The notes under the pieces are model-generated. The model was not told the origin of the DNA. It searched no databases and was given only the letters and a program-made list of their open reading frames with translations. A stretch of DNA of 64,000 nucleotides from Candidatus Altimarinota bacterium (GTDB taxonomy: Bacteria > Patescibacteriota > Gracilibacteria > JBDHUY01), in the NCBI GenBank assembly GCA_039809385.1, contig JBDHUY010000003.1, positions 64,001 through 128,000 on the forward strand, read 5' to 3'. Position 1 is the first letter of the stretch. Every line of letters starts with the position of its first letter. The position numbers and the translations under genes are program-made. Below are positions 8,801-18,451 of this stretch, in pieces.

Positions 8801-11800
8801 AATAGTTGACGCATTTAATCGCACGATCAATCAAAGCGGTACCATCGACCTGAGCATAGAAAACGAAGCAGGCGAACCGGTTTCCCCGCGTCTCACTGAG
8901 AATCAAGTAACGCTGGTTGACGGTATAGCTACTACCAAACTTGAGGTGGGTACCAAAACGGGATCGTTCCGAGTGCGCATGCGCTCTGTCCTTGATAACG
9001 GGACAATTTTGGAAGAATTTGAGAGCATTCAGGTGATTGCCGGTAGCGCTGTCAGTTTGGATATGAAACTAGCTTCCAACACTGTATTGCGTGACGATAC
9101 CGTCCCGGTCGCGGTACTTTTTTTCGACGCGTATGGCAATCCTGCATCGCTCAATACCAAATTAGACCTGTTGGTTACCGAAAACGGCTTGCTACAAAAT
9201 GTTACCGATCTCGACCCGGCTCTGCCCGGAACGACCGTCCAGGTTGACAATGACCATGCTCTCTTTCAGGTCAAAGCCACCGGAACCGGAAAAATAAGTC
9301 TGAAGGCTTATTCTGGGCTGCTGGACAAAGACGTCGTGAGCGGGGTCAATATTGTGAATGAAAAGCCCCGACTGGTATTGAGTAGCCCTTCGTCCCAGCT
9401 TCTCATACAAGGCGATCCGGTCACGGTGACCGCCGAGCTTCAGAATGCCCAAGGCGAGGTTATCGATATGAATAAGACGCTTACTCTGAAAACCGACCCC
9501 GATATCGTTACATTTTCTCCTTCCTCCCTCCAGTTCCAAAACGGGAAGGCCAGGTTTGATGTACAAGCCCAAACCCGCGCCGGCACTGCTACTGTTAGCT
9601 CTTCTGAATTTACCGGCGATCCTCTTGTTCTCAATGTTACGGGTCAAACGGCCACGAAACTGCGGATAGTGCCCGAAAAATCGGTGGTAAAAGCCGGTGC
9701 GCAGCCAACGTTGGGTATCCTTGTAGAAGCGCTTGACCAATACGATAACCGGGATACTTCGTTTACAGGATCGGTGAAACTCAACCTTACTGCAAGCGCC
9801 CAGCGAGTCGGTCGTCTACCGGTTACCGAATTGACGGCTAAAGAGGGAGTAGCTACTTTTCAATTGGAGCTGACTTCCCAGGCCGGAGTGTTACAATTTT
9901 CGGCTCTTGCCGAAGGTTTGCGCAGTGCCGTTGCCGAAATCCCTGTTCGTCGCGAACTCGGAAGTGACGAACTGCGGGGTATACCTTTCAACGCACTCTA
10001 TACTACCGTTCTGGGCAGTCCGGTCGGACAGGTGACGCAACCGGATTATCTGGGCGGCTGGTTGCTCTTCAATACCGGGAAAACCCAGGCGGTCACTACT
10101 CTGATCGCCCCTCCTGAACAGAATCGTATTTATGCAACATTGAATACCGGAGGAGTTCATATTGTGAACGAAGAACCCGACGTAGGGTTTTCAACTGCCG
10201 TGTTTCCTCGTCCTAATCTTCCGTTACGTTTGGAAATACAGGATAAAAACACCCAAAAAAAAGTTATCACCGCATTTGTCGAAGTACCCAAAAAATTACC
10301 TAAGCAGCTGGTTTCTGACTTCACCGAAAGCCTGCCGTCAGGAATATATCTAACCGATACGAACCTGGACGATACCGTAACCGTCAGGAGCGAAGGCGAC
10401 CGCATGACCGTATATCAGGATAATCAGCCCAGGGCCCGTTTATTGTCCGATAATACATTAGAGATTCTTTCGCCAATGACGATTCAGGTTGATGAAGCCG
10501 AGACTCGCTTCATGTCCTTCAATCTTCTGATAGGAGCCGAGGTTGTCGCACGTCTCCAGTACCGTTTGAGCGATGTGGGAGTTGTACCACTGGATAAAGC
10601 GACAAATATCGAAAATATTCCAGCCAAGGGGCCGGGTATCTATATCACTACTGAAAACCTCAACGATACATTTGAGCTAACACGTCTGAGGGGTGGATTT
10701 GCGCTTACGATGCCAGGTCAAACCGACCGTATCGACGAGTCGTTTCAGTCGCTGGAGGATGCTGATACGACCGAAGGAATCGGCTGGCAAGGCGATTTTA
10801 AAAACCAACTGCTCTTTGCCTCTGGCAATACTGTCGGCAACGCCACCAAACTGTTTGCCTCCAGCGTACTCGTCAATCTGGGCGATCCCGTCGTTTCTTT
10901 GGAACGAGATAATCAAACCGGTTTGAGCGGCTTTTCCCAGGATGTCGGTCAGGTCGTGGCGTCGTATCAGTCGGAGCCCATTTTGAAGTTACTATCTCTG
11001 GATTACAACCGCGATCAGCTGCCGGATCTTTTGGTCGTACTGGCTAATGGACGTATCGATCTGTTTCAAAACGAGAATGAAGGGCGTAATTTTGTCTCGC
11101 AGGGAACACTCCTCAAGATTCCCGACGGGATTCAAAGTATCGAAGCTGCCGATATCAATAGTGACGGGTGGTCGGACCTGATTGTTTCTACCGGAAAGGG
11201 CGTAAAAGTTTACGAAAATAAAGCGGGTACTTTTGTACCAAACGAGCTCAAACTGGATCTGAGAGGTGTGGTACATGATCTCAACGTGGCTGATATGGAT
11301 AGGGATGGCAAAGTGGATCTGGTCGTTGCCGACACTTCCGGCGATATAAAGATCTTTTACGGTACCGGAACAGGCTTTTCCGACCAGCCGTATCTGGTCG
11401 ACAGTCTGGTCCTTACCGTTACCGATCAAAACCTGCACGCCGAACCGGTCGTCTATTTTCCGGATGTTCCTGGTAAAACCACTGCCGACGATTCCCGGTT
11501 TGTCTCGATCAACGTGCCCGATCCCCGTATGTCCCGGAATGGCAATGCAAATGCTGCTGCACAGGAACCGGACGGACGCTCTCTTTCGCTCGATTTTCTA
11601 AAACTAGATCAGGTTCCCGGTCTCGAAAGCAAAAAAACGATCCGCGATCTCAATGCCGGTTCCTTACAACCCGACGACGATGTCGAGTATCGCATTGAGT
11701 TGAGAAATAACGGAACGGCTTTGAGCGGCCTCTATCTGGCCGATCTCCTTCCCGGATTTATGACGCTGCAGCAGGATTCGCTTGCTTGCGATAACTGCGG

Positions 11801-14800
11801 AGAATCTTGGGGTATCCTGCCTTCCTCTCACCCCGATTATCCGATTCTATTCTCGGGTATAACGCTTGCAACCGGGAATACAGCGGTAATCTCCTACCGC
11901 GCCAGGGCGAGAAAATTACCGGCGGTATTTCTCGAAACAGGCGATTTCGAAGAAGGGGCCGACGCCTATCTGGATATCTATGCCCGCGATACGGACGGTA
12001 CCTCGGGGGATAGTTCCAATCTGCTGCTTTATAAATCGATTGCCGCGCGGGAGTACCGCAAAGAGCAAGTCAGTGGAACTATTACTCCCCCTGACAATTT
12101 GCCTGATACTCTTATTGATAGCGATAAAAACGGCATACCGGATGCCTTCGAAAAGGATGAAAACGGCGACGGAATCCCCGATGTAGCTCAGCAGGAGCTG
12201 GACCGTTTCACCCGCGATCGCGACGGCGACGGCATTCCCAACGGCTTCGATGACCGGGATGACAGCGGTACCTCGATTGACGATATCAGTAATACAATTC
12301 GTTCTGCGATTGACGATGCAAGCAATCTGCTTTGCCACGGCGGTGGAGGAGGCGGTTGTATCGGTCTGCCTCTGAACAAAGCATTTCTAGCGCCGGGATT
12401 GAATACAATCCCGGCGCCACCGATCCCCGCTACGTATCCTGGTCCGTTGGACCCGGGCTACCCTGTTTTTGGACTTGTACATGGAATTCCCTTCATATGT
12501 CACGGTCCGGTCGGCTGCCAATTATCTTATTTTCGTTTTTACGTTGCTCCGACCTTAACCGGAGGGGTGGGGATTTCTGTCTGTCTTGGCGAGTATTATT
12601 ATGGGTTGTCTTCTCCTCCGATTCCTTTGCTGGGGAATTGTTTTGTCTATGCAGTTCCGGTTTTGGACAAAGTTGCGGGCGGTATTTGCGAAAAAATAAA
12701 CCTGGGCATCAATCAGATCCTTACCCGCGCGCGCGCTTTTACTCATCTTGGAAACGGCAATTCGTTGTTTCAGGTCGGCTATAGTTTCCAGCGCGGTTCT
12801 CGCCCGGCTTCGTCCCAACTCACTTTTGACAACGGTACTTTCGATATCGATGCCACTCAGTTTAAAAATGCCCGTATTCCCGATTTTCCCGACTTCATCA
12901 TGGATTGGGTGCACCGCCAGATCGAGGAGATCGAACATTCTTTGCTGGATCTGCCCGATATATATTTGATTCTTCCCGATTTCAGCGGCACGTTTGGTGA
13001 TCTGCCCGAGGCCGATAAACGTACCAAAACCAAGCTAAAACTTCCATATAAAAAGAAGGAAGTGGAAGTCAAATATATCGGCGACGTGATCGATTATCTT
13101 AACACGCTCCCTTTTGTAAATCTTCGGATCGAACAGGTTCCGATCCGCTTCCCATACATCAGTTCGGAACGGATCGACCAGTTGCAAGAATATTACGATC
13201 AATGGATCGACCAGGCCGAAGACGAGCTCAAATCCTACGGCGACGACCTTGACGAAAATACCAAGATCCGAGTTCGGGCTGGCAGAGCATTAATCAATCG
13301 CGTGCGTCAGAATATTCGCACGCTCCAGTCGTATGCCGACTTTCCTCAAGAAATAGAACGCTTTACCAAATGGAAGTCCCGTCTGATCGGGCAGGTTGTT
13401 CAGTATCTGGATCGTATTGCCGACGCGCTTGGCAATTATTACTTGCGTAACAAAGCCCGCCTGATCAAATGGCAGGAACTTTATCGCCTGATCCGTGAAA
13501 TTCTGAAAGGCTGGCAATTGATTCCGGATATTTTCCAGGGATATCAGAATTTGTGCAGTACGTGTCGTAATGATCGATTTAATTCAATGTACTGGAAGTT
13601 GCAGCTTCTGAAACCGTTGATTCCGGAACTGCCCATTATCCCGTTTCCGAAATGGCCCGATGTGGTCGTGGACGTCTCCAATATCAATGCGGTTATCGAT
13701 ATCGCGATTCCCAGTCCAAAATTCGTGCCCCAGGAAATCGTTCTTCCCCGCCTCCCGGTCTTTAATCTGCCCGAACTCAATGCCAATGTGGATGCGATCA
13801 TTCCGGCCTTACCGCCCTTGCCGCGCATCCCGGAGTTATTTCCGGCTCTCCCGCCCTTGCCGATTCCCAAATTGCCGGATCTCCCGCCGCCGCCTAAAAT
13901 TCCGCAGATCCTGGGAGCTTTTACCACCGTGTTAAAAGTTTTACGGCTTGGTCTTTACGTTTTCTGTATTTATAAAAAAGGGTTCACGCTGATCCCCGAA
14001 TGGGATGTCAAAGGGACAGTAGAACATCTGACCGAGCGCAGCGGGTGGTTGCCGATCGACTTTTTGAGTCTCTCGTTCCCGACGCCCCGTATCCCTTCCA
14101 TCGAGCAGATCCGGGTCGATGCCTTTGTCAATTTCCGTTTCAACGTCAACGCGCTTACGACGCTGGTGCGCAACGTGGCCAGTTCCTTAAATTCCTTCCA
14201 AACAGACCTTACCAGCATTCCAAGTCTGCCCTCCCGCTTTGTGCCTACGATTCCTTCCGTCCCGAGTGTCAACGAACAGATTGATCTACAAGGTTTCAGC
14301 GCCTTTTCCAAAGCACTTTCCGACTTGTCGACGTTGCTCCGCGACCACCGGGATACAATGCTCTCCGTGGACGAAATGCAGGCCTACCTGGCCCAACACG
14401 CCGATCCCGCTTTTTCCAAGGCATCCGATGCTCTTGCTGCCCATGGCTTTACAAAAGATATTGCAGAAGTTCCTTCTTCTAGTACCTATATCGCTTTAAA
14501 ACGGTCCTTGGAAAATCTCAGGACCGAAAATGAACGCGATGTACAACTGATCGGTGCGGCGATCGAGCAGAAGAAAGACTTGTTTGCCGTCCGGGATCTC
14601 TCGCATTTATTTGTCCGATCCGGTATTGTCGTCGCCGGCGAAACTTCGGGTGCTCCTCTGACACGCCAAAGTCAGGTTCTCCACGGAGCCTACGATACTT
14701 CGATGCTTGACAGTTCTGCTGTTTCGTCGTCTTTCGCTCCGGCTACTCCCACCCGCTATCTGGCTCAAGCCGATACAGGCAGCAGATCCGGACGCGGTGT

Positions 14801-16634
14801 TTCTCTGTCGGCTTCCGCTGACGATGCCCAAGCGGTTTCTCCTGACTTGCTGGGTCTCTATTTGTTTGACGAGCAGACCGGACAGTATGAGCCTTTAATT
14901 GCCTATCAAGCCGAAAGCAATGGTACTGTGCATCTGGCCGAAGGCGATGTGGACGCGGACGGCGACAGCGATATTTTTTATGCGCTGAATAACACTGTCT
15001 TTTTAAAAAATAGCCAGAAGATCAAAAATGTTCGCGAAAATCATATTTTTGATACCCCTGCCGTGGCGGCTTTGCATGATGTAATCATACGGGCAGAAAG
15101 CGTCAACTATTTGACAGTGCAAGAAGCGGACAATACTGCCTCTCTGTCGTGGCTGGGGGCGCTAAAAGCCGACAAACTGATCGGGTATAAGCTGGTGCTC
15201 TATCGCCAGATTTATGGCTTTGATCGCGATACCGTCACGAACAGTTTCGGTCCCGATCGTATCTATTATGTTACGTCTTCTTTCTCTGAATCCGAGGTTC
15301 AGAAGCTGGCGGGGGCCGAAACGGCCAAAACGGATGTAGTATTATTAGACGACCTGACTGTTCCTGCCACGGTTTTGCCGTTGCCCAATGGCACGTATTA
15401 CGGCAAGCTCTATCCGTTGGCGATAGAAGGTGCACTGGGAACGGGGATGGCGATTAATTTGATTCAGCCGCAGCGTAGCAGCAATAATACCCCGCCGCGG
15501 GCGCTGGTGTCGGGAGGGAATGTGCACGAAGTTCCCGTGCTCCAGACATTGACCCTTGATGCTAGCGTATCGCGCTCCGATGGAAGCCGGATTGTTTCGT
15601 ATTTCTGGGATCTTGACCCGGACACCGATAGTGACGGCGACGGTATCACTACAAATGACCCCGATCGCTTCGAAACGTTTTCCGGTATCCGAAACGAGGA
15701 TCGTAAGAATGACGATAACAACGACAATGATACGAACGATATAAACTATAATGCGACGGAAATTTCTTCTGCTGATACTTCGATGAATAATCCGCGTATC
15801 GTTTTGGGGCCGTTTACCGAGCCCGGCGAGCAGCGTGTTTTCCTGAATGTGCAGGACGAGAGCGGGGTAACGGCTTCGCAAGAGATCGTGATCCGGGTCT
15901 TTGTGCCGGATATTTCGGTTGATAGTGCCTCCAAACGTGACCGTACGATCACCGGGCAAACCGACAAAGCCGTTGCGCAAGAGCCGGTTGGTATCGTACG
16001 AGTCAGAGGTGACAATGTTTCCCCCCTCAAAACTCCTTCGTCCGATCGTAACGGTCAATATAAAACAAATGGCGACGGAAGTTACAAGGTCGAAGATTTC
16101 CAGACTGAACCGGGTATTTCTGTGAAGGATCTTCGAGGAAATGAAATTGCGGTGATCGGCGAAACTACCGGGAATATCCGCCTCAAAGATTCTACCTATC
16201 GTATCAGGGTCGAACCTTCTCTGGGGGAAGAACCGCTCCGTCTTATCTTAGAAAAAGGCAATGAGGTCTTGGCCACTCTGGAAATACGGACCGATCCTAA
16301 CCGGGATGTGCGCATATTGAATACAGCCAGTGCTCAGAACGATGCAGTAGGACTTTTCGATTCTTTGCCAAACGATTCTTTCAGTGTTTCTCCTATTCCC
16401 AACACGGCTCCGTCGTTTGCCGGGGGCGGCGCGGTATATGATCGGGTTTCCCGCAGTCTGGTCGCCATGGTCGCGCCCGACGGACGTATTCGGGTCTTTG
16501 GAGACGGTGTACTTTTACGTTTTGCTCCGACCAATGATGAGAAAAGTCCGCTCTCCGTGGATATCGTCTCGGGGGATACGGCGGTGGCTCGCGTCTTTTA
16601 TCCGGCACTGAAAGATGCTATAATCGTACGATAA
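5871..16634 (+). CDS. Giant (3587 aa) secreted multidomain surface protein: Ig/invasin-like repeats, FG-GAP/VCBS repeats, DUF11-like domain, DxDxDG Ca-binding repeats, Cys-rich and Pro-rich regions, PKD-like domain
   Basis: Uninterrupted 10.8 kb ORF; signal peptide; DYNRDQLPDLLV, DINSDGWSDLIV, DMDRDGKVDLVV; KTIRDLNAGSLQPDDDVEYRIELRN; DSDKNGIPD, DRDGDGIPN; LTLDASVSRSDGSRIVSYFWD. Confidence 0.9.
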   Translation: MTKGPDFSAKKPKRLFHQAVSTLLICLLLLTQIVYIPPKALGDPLNTRTDLVIILAEKNLFSSSLPYPGLNFFGTTTLGERIVRYGQDIQAKLNDTRVLIFTVEPTDTPAQIAQVLEKYYFDGDTAQNQLSSLTGVVLVGNVPLPSVKKGDHIYPSLYPYTDFDQKQFLYNPATDLFEETPLSLDRKPEIWHGVIRPPAGGEEGNKLLAEFFDKNHAFYQKSYGYNEFDRKVFFGDFRQETARISTESLLGYQAFTEHAEDVTYLRYTKQLLAQVYKTVMAPQQAFLQNLTANTNLGDTTKLFDQVPDIFTKQMIGQLLKRFYQVVGDYPAVVRDLVAGSGRWRENDTDTFYKLIAQKDEVSLAMIKKANDALEGGVDDLVFQMQKNIRIVIGADFAEGGLFGDGAYFPNYINGLSADQIRTALDCTIYRGSTSDGRISNQVEANRVYNPLSEANQNFNINRNGNVCPEYGGCCARNITFTDGKLVPSPQCHPQDAVLPVLDLGGTLAREGDTSYRSCLVENYAITRQKNLNGKNYTDYDLVAGTQRYAEISSVIAHKEPTNDTVKAQLESKVARDLPVDNPRYVDFQNQSGQYQRVNYINLFRYTQNISLETPAQAAVAIQAKITQKEKELGVKDLLLKRLPADMALETLADAVYWTQLSPQQKYEYVFQQYLSTAVASPDGIYRGIYPQKAKGYESTYLHVDGDGTFLDLSFVPQDINQNTDFEELKTTIGLEETRDKSRQALENLLGANGLELDQSCGSFDGVSIFEWFQALLCWLKNLVPPKVEFYTGGKSAFDFSKNESTPPYSFPPQSNNNASGSSPNRNSNRSQSDGDIALTPEKLDIDLPVRIFSDQRPQLLTVSLLDQNGDLYISPESVNADILLVDQKPADGTAGEVFSISSEKIDLQSGRGTLLITPFRPGTATLYAKAGSLLSESFKVTVTDEKIDASFSYTDAQGNIRYGTTFPAGSTVDLSLQIVDAFNRTINQSGTIDLSIENEAGEPVSPRLTENQVTLVDGIATTKLEVGTKTGSFRVRMRSVLDNGTILEEFESIQVIAGSAVSLDMKLASNTVLRDDTVPVAVLFFDAYGNPASLNTKLDLLVTENGLLQNVTDLDPALPGTTVQVDNDHALFQVKATGTGKISLKAYSGLLDKDVVSGVNIVNEKPRLVLSSPSSQLLIQGDPVTVTAELQNAQGEVIDMNKTLTLKTDPDIVTFSPSSLQFQNGKARFDVQAQTRAGTATVSSSEFTGDPLVLNVTGQTATKLRIVPEKSVVKAGAQPTLGILVEALDQYDNRDTSFTGSVKLNLTASAQRVGRLPVTELTAKEGVATFQLELTSQAGVLQFSALAEGLRSAVAEIPVRRELGSDELRGIPFNALYTTVLGSPVGQVTQPDYLGGWLLFNTGKTQAVTTLIAPPEQNRIYATLNTGGVHIVNEEPDVGFSTAVFPRPNLPLRLEIQDKNTQKKVITAFVEVPKKLPKQLVSDFTESLPSGIYLTDTNLDDTVTVRSEGDRMTVYQDNQPRARLLSDNTLEILSPMTIQVDEAETRFMSFNLLIGAEVVARLQYRLSDVGVVPLDKATNIENIPAKGPGIYITTENLNDTFELTRLRGGFALTMPGQTDRIDESFQSLEDADTTEGIGWQGDFKNQLLFASGNTVGNATKLFASSVLVNLGDPVVSLERDNQTGLSGFSQDVGQVVASYQSEPILKLLSLDYNRDQLPDLLVVLANGRIDLFQNENEGRNFVSQGTLLKIPDGIQSIEAADINSDGWSDLIVSTGKGVKVYENKAGTFVPNELKLDLRGVVHDLNVADMDRDGKVDLVVADTSGDIKIFYGTGTGFSDQPYLVDSLVLTVTDQNLHAEPVVYFPDVPGKTTADDSRFVSINVPDPRMSRNGNANAAAQEPDGRSLSLDFLKLDQVPGLESKKTIRDLNAGSLQPDDDVEYRIELRNNGTALSGLYLADLLPGFMTLQQDSLACDNCGESWGILPSSHPDYPILFSGITLATGNTAVISYRARARKLPAVFLETGDFEEGADAYLDIYARDTDGTSGDSSNLLLYKSIAAREYRKEQVSGTITPPDNLPDTLIDSDKNGIPDAFEKDENGDGIPDVAQQELDRFTRDRDGDGIPNGFDDRDDSGTSIDDISNTIRSAIDDASNLLCHGGGGGGCIGLPLNKAFLAPGLNTIPAPPIPATYPGPLDPGYPVFGLVHGIPFICHGPVGCQLSYFRFYVAPTLTGGVGISVCLGEYYYGLSSPPIPLLGNCFVYAVPVLDKVAGGICEKINLGINQILTRARAFTHLGNGNSLFQVGYSFQRGSRPASSQLTFDNGTFDIDATQFKNARIPDFPDFIMDWVHRQIEEIEHSLLDLPDIYLILPDFSGTFGDLPEADKRTKTKLKLPYKKKEVEVKYIGDVIDYLNTLPFVNLRIEQVPIRFPYISSERIDQLQEYYDQWIDQAEDELKSYGDDLDENTKIRVRAGRALINRVRQNIRTLQSYADFPQEIERFTKWKSRLIGQVVQYLDRIADALGNYYLRNKARLIKWQELYRLIREILKGWQLIPDIFQGYQNLCSTCRNDRFNSMYWKLQLLKPLIPELPIIPFPKWPDVVVDVSNINAVIDIAIPSPKFVPQEIVLPRLPVFNLPELNANVDAIIPALPPLPRIPELFPALPPLPIPKLPDLPPPPKIPQILGAFTTVLKVLRLGLYVFCIYKKGFTLIPEWDVKGTVEHLTERSGWLPIDFLSLSFPTPRIPSIEQIRVDAFVNFRFNVNALTTLVRNVASSLNSFQTDLTSIPSLPSRFVPTIPSVPSVNEQIDLQGFSAFSKALSDLSTLLRDHRDTMLSVDEMQAYLAQHADPAFSKASDALAAHGFTKDIAEVPSSSTYIALKRSLENLRTENERDVQLIGAAIEQKKDLFAVRDLSHLFVRSGIVVAGETSGAPLTRQSQVLHGAYDTSMLDSSAVSSSFAPATPTRYLAQADTGSRSGRGVSLSASADDAQAVSPDLLGLYLFDEQTGQYEPLIAYQAESNGTVHLAEGDVDADGDSDIFYALNNTVFLKNSQKIKNVRENHIFDTPAVAALHDVIIRAESVNYLTVQEADNTASLSWLGALKADKLIGYKLVLYRQIYGFDRDTVTNSFGPDRIYYVTSSFSESEVQKLAGAETAKTDVVLLDDLTVPATVLPLPNGTYYGKLYPLAIEGALGTGMAINLIQPQRSSNNTPPRALVSGGNVHEVPVLQTLTLDASVSRSDGSRIVSYFWDLDPDTDSDGDGITTNDPDRFETFSGIRNEDRKNDDNNDNDTNDINYNATEISSADTSMNNPRIVLGPFTEPGEQRVFLNVQDESGVTASQEIVIRVFVPDISVDSASKRDRTITGQTDKAVAQEPVGIVRVRGDNVSPLKTPSSDRNGQYKTNGDGSYKVEDFQTEPGISVKDLRGNEIAVIGETTGNIRLKDSTYRIRVEPSLGEEPLRLILEKGNEVLATLEIRTDPNRDVRILNTASAQNDAVGLFDSLPNDSFSVSPIPNTAPSFAGGGAVYDRVSRSLVAMVAPDGRIRVFGDGVLLRFAPTNDEKSPLSVDIVSGDTAVARVFYPALKDAIIVR

Positions 16635-16638
16635 TATC

Positions 16639-16664
16639 AAATGACAATCCGCCGCGGCGGACAA
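16639..16664. repeat. 26-bp dispersed repeat containing the palindrome TCCGCCGCGGCGGA
   Basis: aaatgacaatccgccgcggcggacaa is identical at 16639-16664 and 62460-62485; a variant caatccaccgtggcggat occurs at ~63714-63731. Confidence 0.85.
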
Positions 16665-16706
16665 ATGACAAAAACCTATTTTGAAATGAAATACTCACCT
16701 CATTCT

Positions 16707-17339
16707 ATGGATCTAAAAGTGCAAAGTGCAAAGTGTAAAGTGCAAAATTTTAAGACCCTATTACTTTGGTCTGTGTTCTTTTTGGTGACTCTTGTATTCA
16801 TACAACTTTCAACGCATGTTCTTGCGGCCTCACCGAATCAGTTACCTTGTTATGCTTTCGAAGGAAAGGTGTTGCCCGAAAAGATCCTGCCCGAACAGAA
16901 AAAATTTCAGGAAAATATCGATCGGTTGTTAACAAAGCCGGACGTATCGCCTGCGTTTCTGGTGGAGACCGGTATTACGGCTTTTCGCATCTACCATGCC
17001 AAATTGCGTGCTACCTGCGACGAACTCATCCAGTGTCTGTCTGCTTCGGACAACAATGTAACTTCTTCGGGAAACCAGGAGCCCCGCGATTTGATCGTGG
17101 AAAATTTTCAGCAGTGCCACTCGTGGGTGGATACTGAGATAGCGGCCCAAAAGCGCATTTTTTCGCAATTTATGCTCTCCGATGCCAGCCGTAAGAAAAC
17201 CGAGTTTATCGTCAATAAATATCGCGACTTGAATCGTAAAATGCGCGACTTGATCGATACGCTCACCTTTATTCAAGGAAAGGCCGAAAGTCTGTTTAAC
17301 AATGTCGGCGGCCAGTGTGCCCGGGTTCAGTTTCCTTAA
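16707..17339 (+). CDS. Secreted helical Cys-containing hypothetical protein (giant-protein cluster)
   Basis: Signal peptide ending ...HVLA, helical/coiled-coil C-terminus. Start uncertain (ORF opens at 16641 within repeat DNA). Confidence 0.75.
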   Translation: MDLKVQSAKCKVQNFKTLLLWSVFFLVTLVFIQLSTHVLAASPNQLPCYAFEGKVLPEKILPEQKKFQENIDRLLTKPDVSPAFLVETGITAFRIYHAKLRATCDELIQCLSASDNNVTSSGNQEPRDLIVENFQQCHSWVDTEIAAQKRIFSQFMLSDASRKKTEFIVNKYRDLNRKMRDLIDTLTFIQGKAESLFNNVGGQCARVQFP

Positions 17340-17353
17340 CTTTCGTTTTTTGC

Positions 17354-18298
17354 ATGTCGCGTACCTCTCTTATTTTTTCCGGTATCGGCGGTACTATTCT
17401 GCTCATTACTTTGCTGGCTATCTTTCCGGCTCTTTTTGGTCAGGCTCAAAACTCACCGGCTGAACGGGCTGAGTTTTCGTTTCAGGGGCAAGATGCCTTT
17501 ACCCGCGAAAGCGAGCTCTATAATCGCACGATCAATTGCTACTTTAACCGCGGCGTGCAGTTTTGGTTGCAAGCCTATTCAAAGGAGTATCAAAAAGAGG
17601 TGAGCCGTGAACTGCCGTTGTCGAGCATCGAAGATACGCAATTGGGTTGCGACAATCTGGGTGTGTTCGGTCAATATTATAAACAAAAACTCGAAAAACT
17701 CCTGAGTGCTATTGCTAAAAATCGACAGAAACTGGATGAAACGGCTTTTTCTAACCAACCCAAAGGTGAAGTTCAAAATCCCTGTAATTTACCCTTTGAG
17801 CCTCTGGATTCCTCGTCTGTCAATCGCAATACGAACGGTTTGCGCGTGCTAAGACTTCCGGTCGCTGCTCCAACCGAGGAGCGGGGTGATTATTTTGTCA
17901 CGTTGGAATCCCGGGTCGTTTCGCCGGTTTATGCGGTGGCCCTCGTCTCCGAATGCTATCGCCAAGTATATACCCAAAGTTTAGATCGTTACGTCAATCT
18001 TGCGTATGACTCACAGTCGATCTTAGAAGACAAAGGGGAGACCTCTCTCTCCCGGGAGGCTTTGATCGAAGAGCGGACCGCCCGTCTTAATCGCATCGAA
18101 ATCGAACGCCGGCGGGTACGTACCGCTCTTGATCTGGCTCTGGCCAATTTTCTGGAATTTACCGAAAGCTATCCTTTACACGTCCAATACGAAAAGATCA
18201 TTCTGCATGCTCAGAAGTTACGGGATAATGTGCGTCCGCTTCGGGTTATTTTCGACCAGCTCCAATATAAGCTGCCGAATCAGTCGACACCACCGTAA
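17354..18298 (+). CDS. Secreted helical hypothetical protein (giant-protein cluster)
   Basis: Signal peptide ending ...GQA-Q; four Cys in the mature part; amphipathic C-terminal helices ALDLALANFLEFTESYPLHVQYEKII. Confidence 0.8.
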   Translation: MSRTSLIFSGIGGTILLITLLAIFPALFGQAQNSPAERAEFSFQGQDAFTRESELYNRTINCYFNRGVQFWLQAYSKEYQKEVSRELPLSSIEDTQLGCDNLGVFGQYYKQKLEKLLSAIAKNRQKLDETAFSNQPKGEVQNPCNLPFEPLDSSSVNRNTNGLRVLRLPVAAPTEERGDYFVTLESRVVSPVYAVALVSECYRQVYTQSLDRYVNLAYDSQSILEDKGETSLSREALIEERTARLNRIEIERRRVRTALDLALANFLEFTESYPLHVQYEKIILHAQKLRDNVRPLRVIFDQLQYKLPNQSTPP

Positions 18299-18451
18299 GG
18301 GGAAAATTATGAATTATTAATAATGGATGGGGGCAGGGGAGATTACGAATACATACATAAGAGCAGAATTATGAAGGATGAAGTATGAATTATGAATGAG
18401 GGACAGGGGAAATGGCGAAGTACATAATTGTCACTATTCACGGGAGACCGT

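Noticed and set aside
16641-16706. N-terminal extensions of ORFs at 3393, 4778, 16641 and 21611
   Set aside because: They translate repeat tracts (e.g. QTPDSRLP, YLILNTSY, TIRRGGQ); downstream starts fit better.
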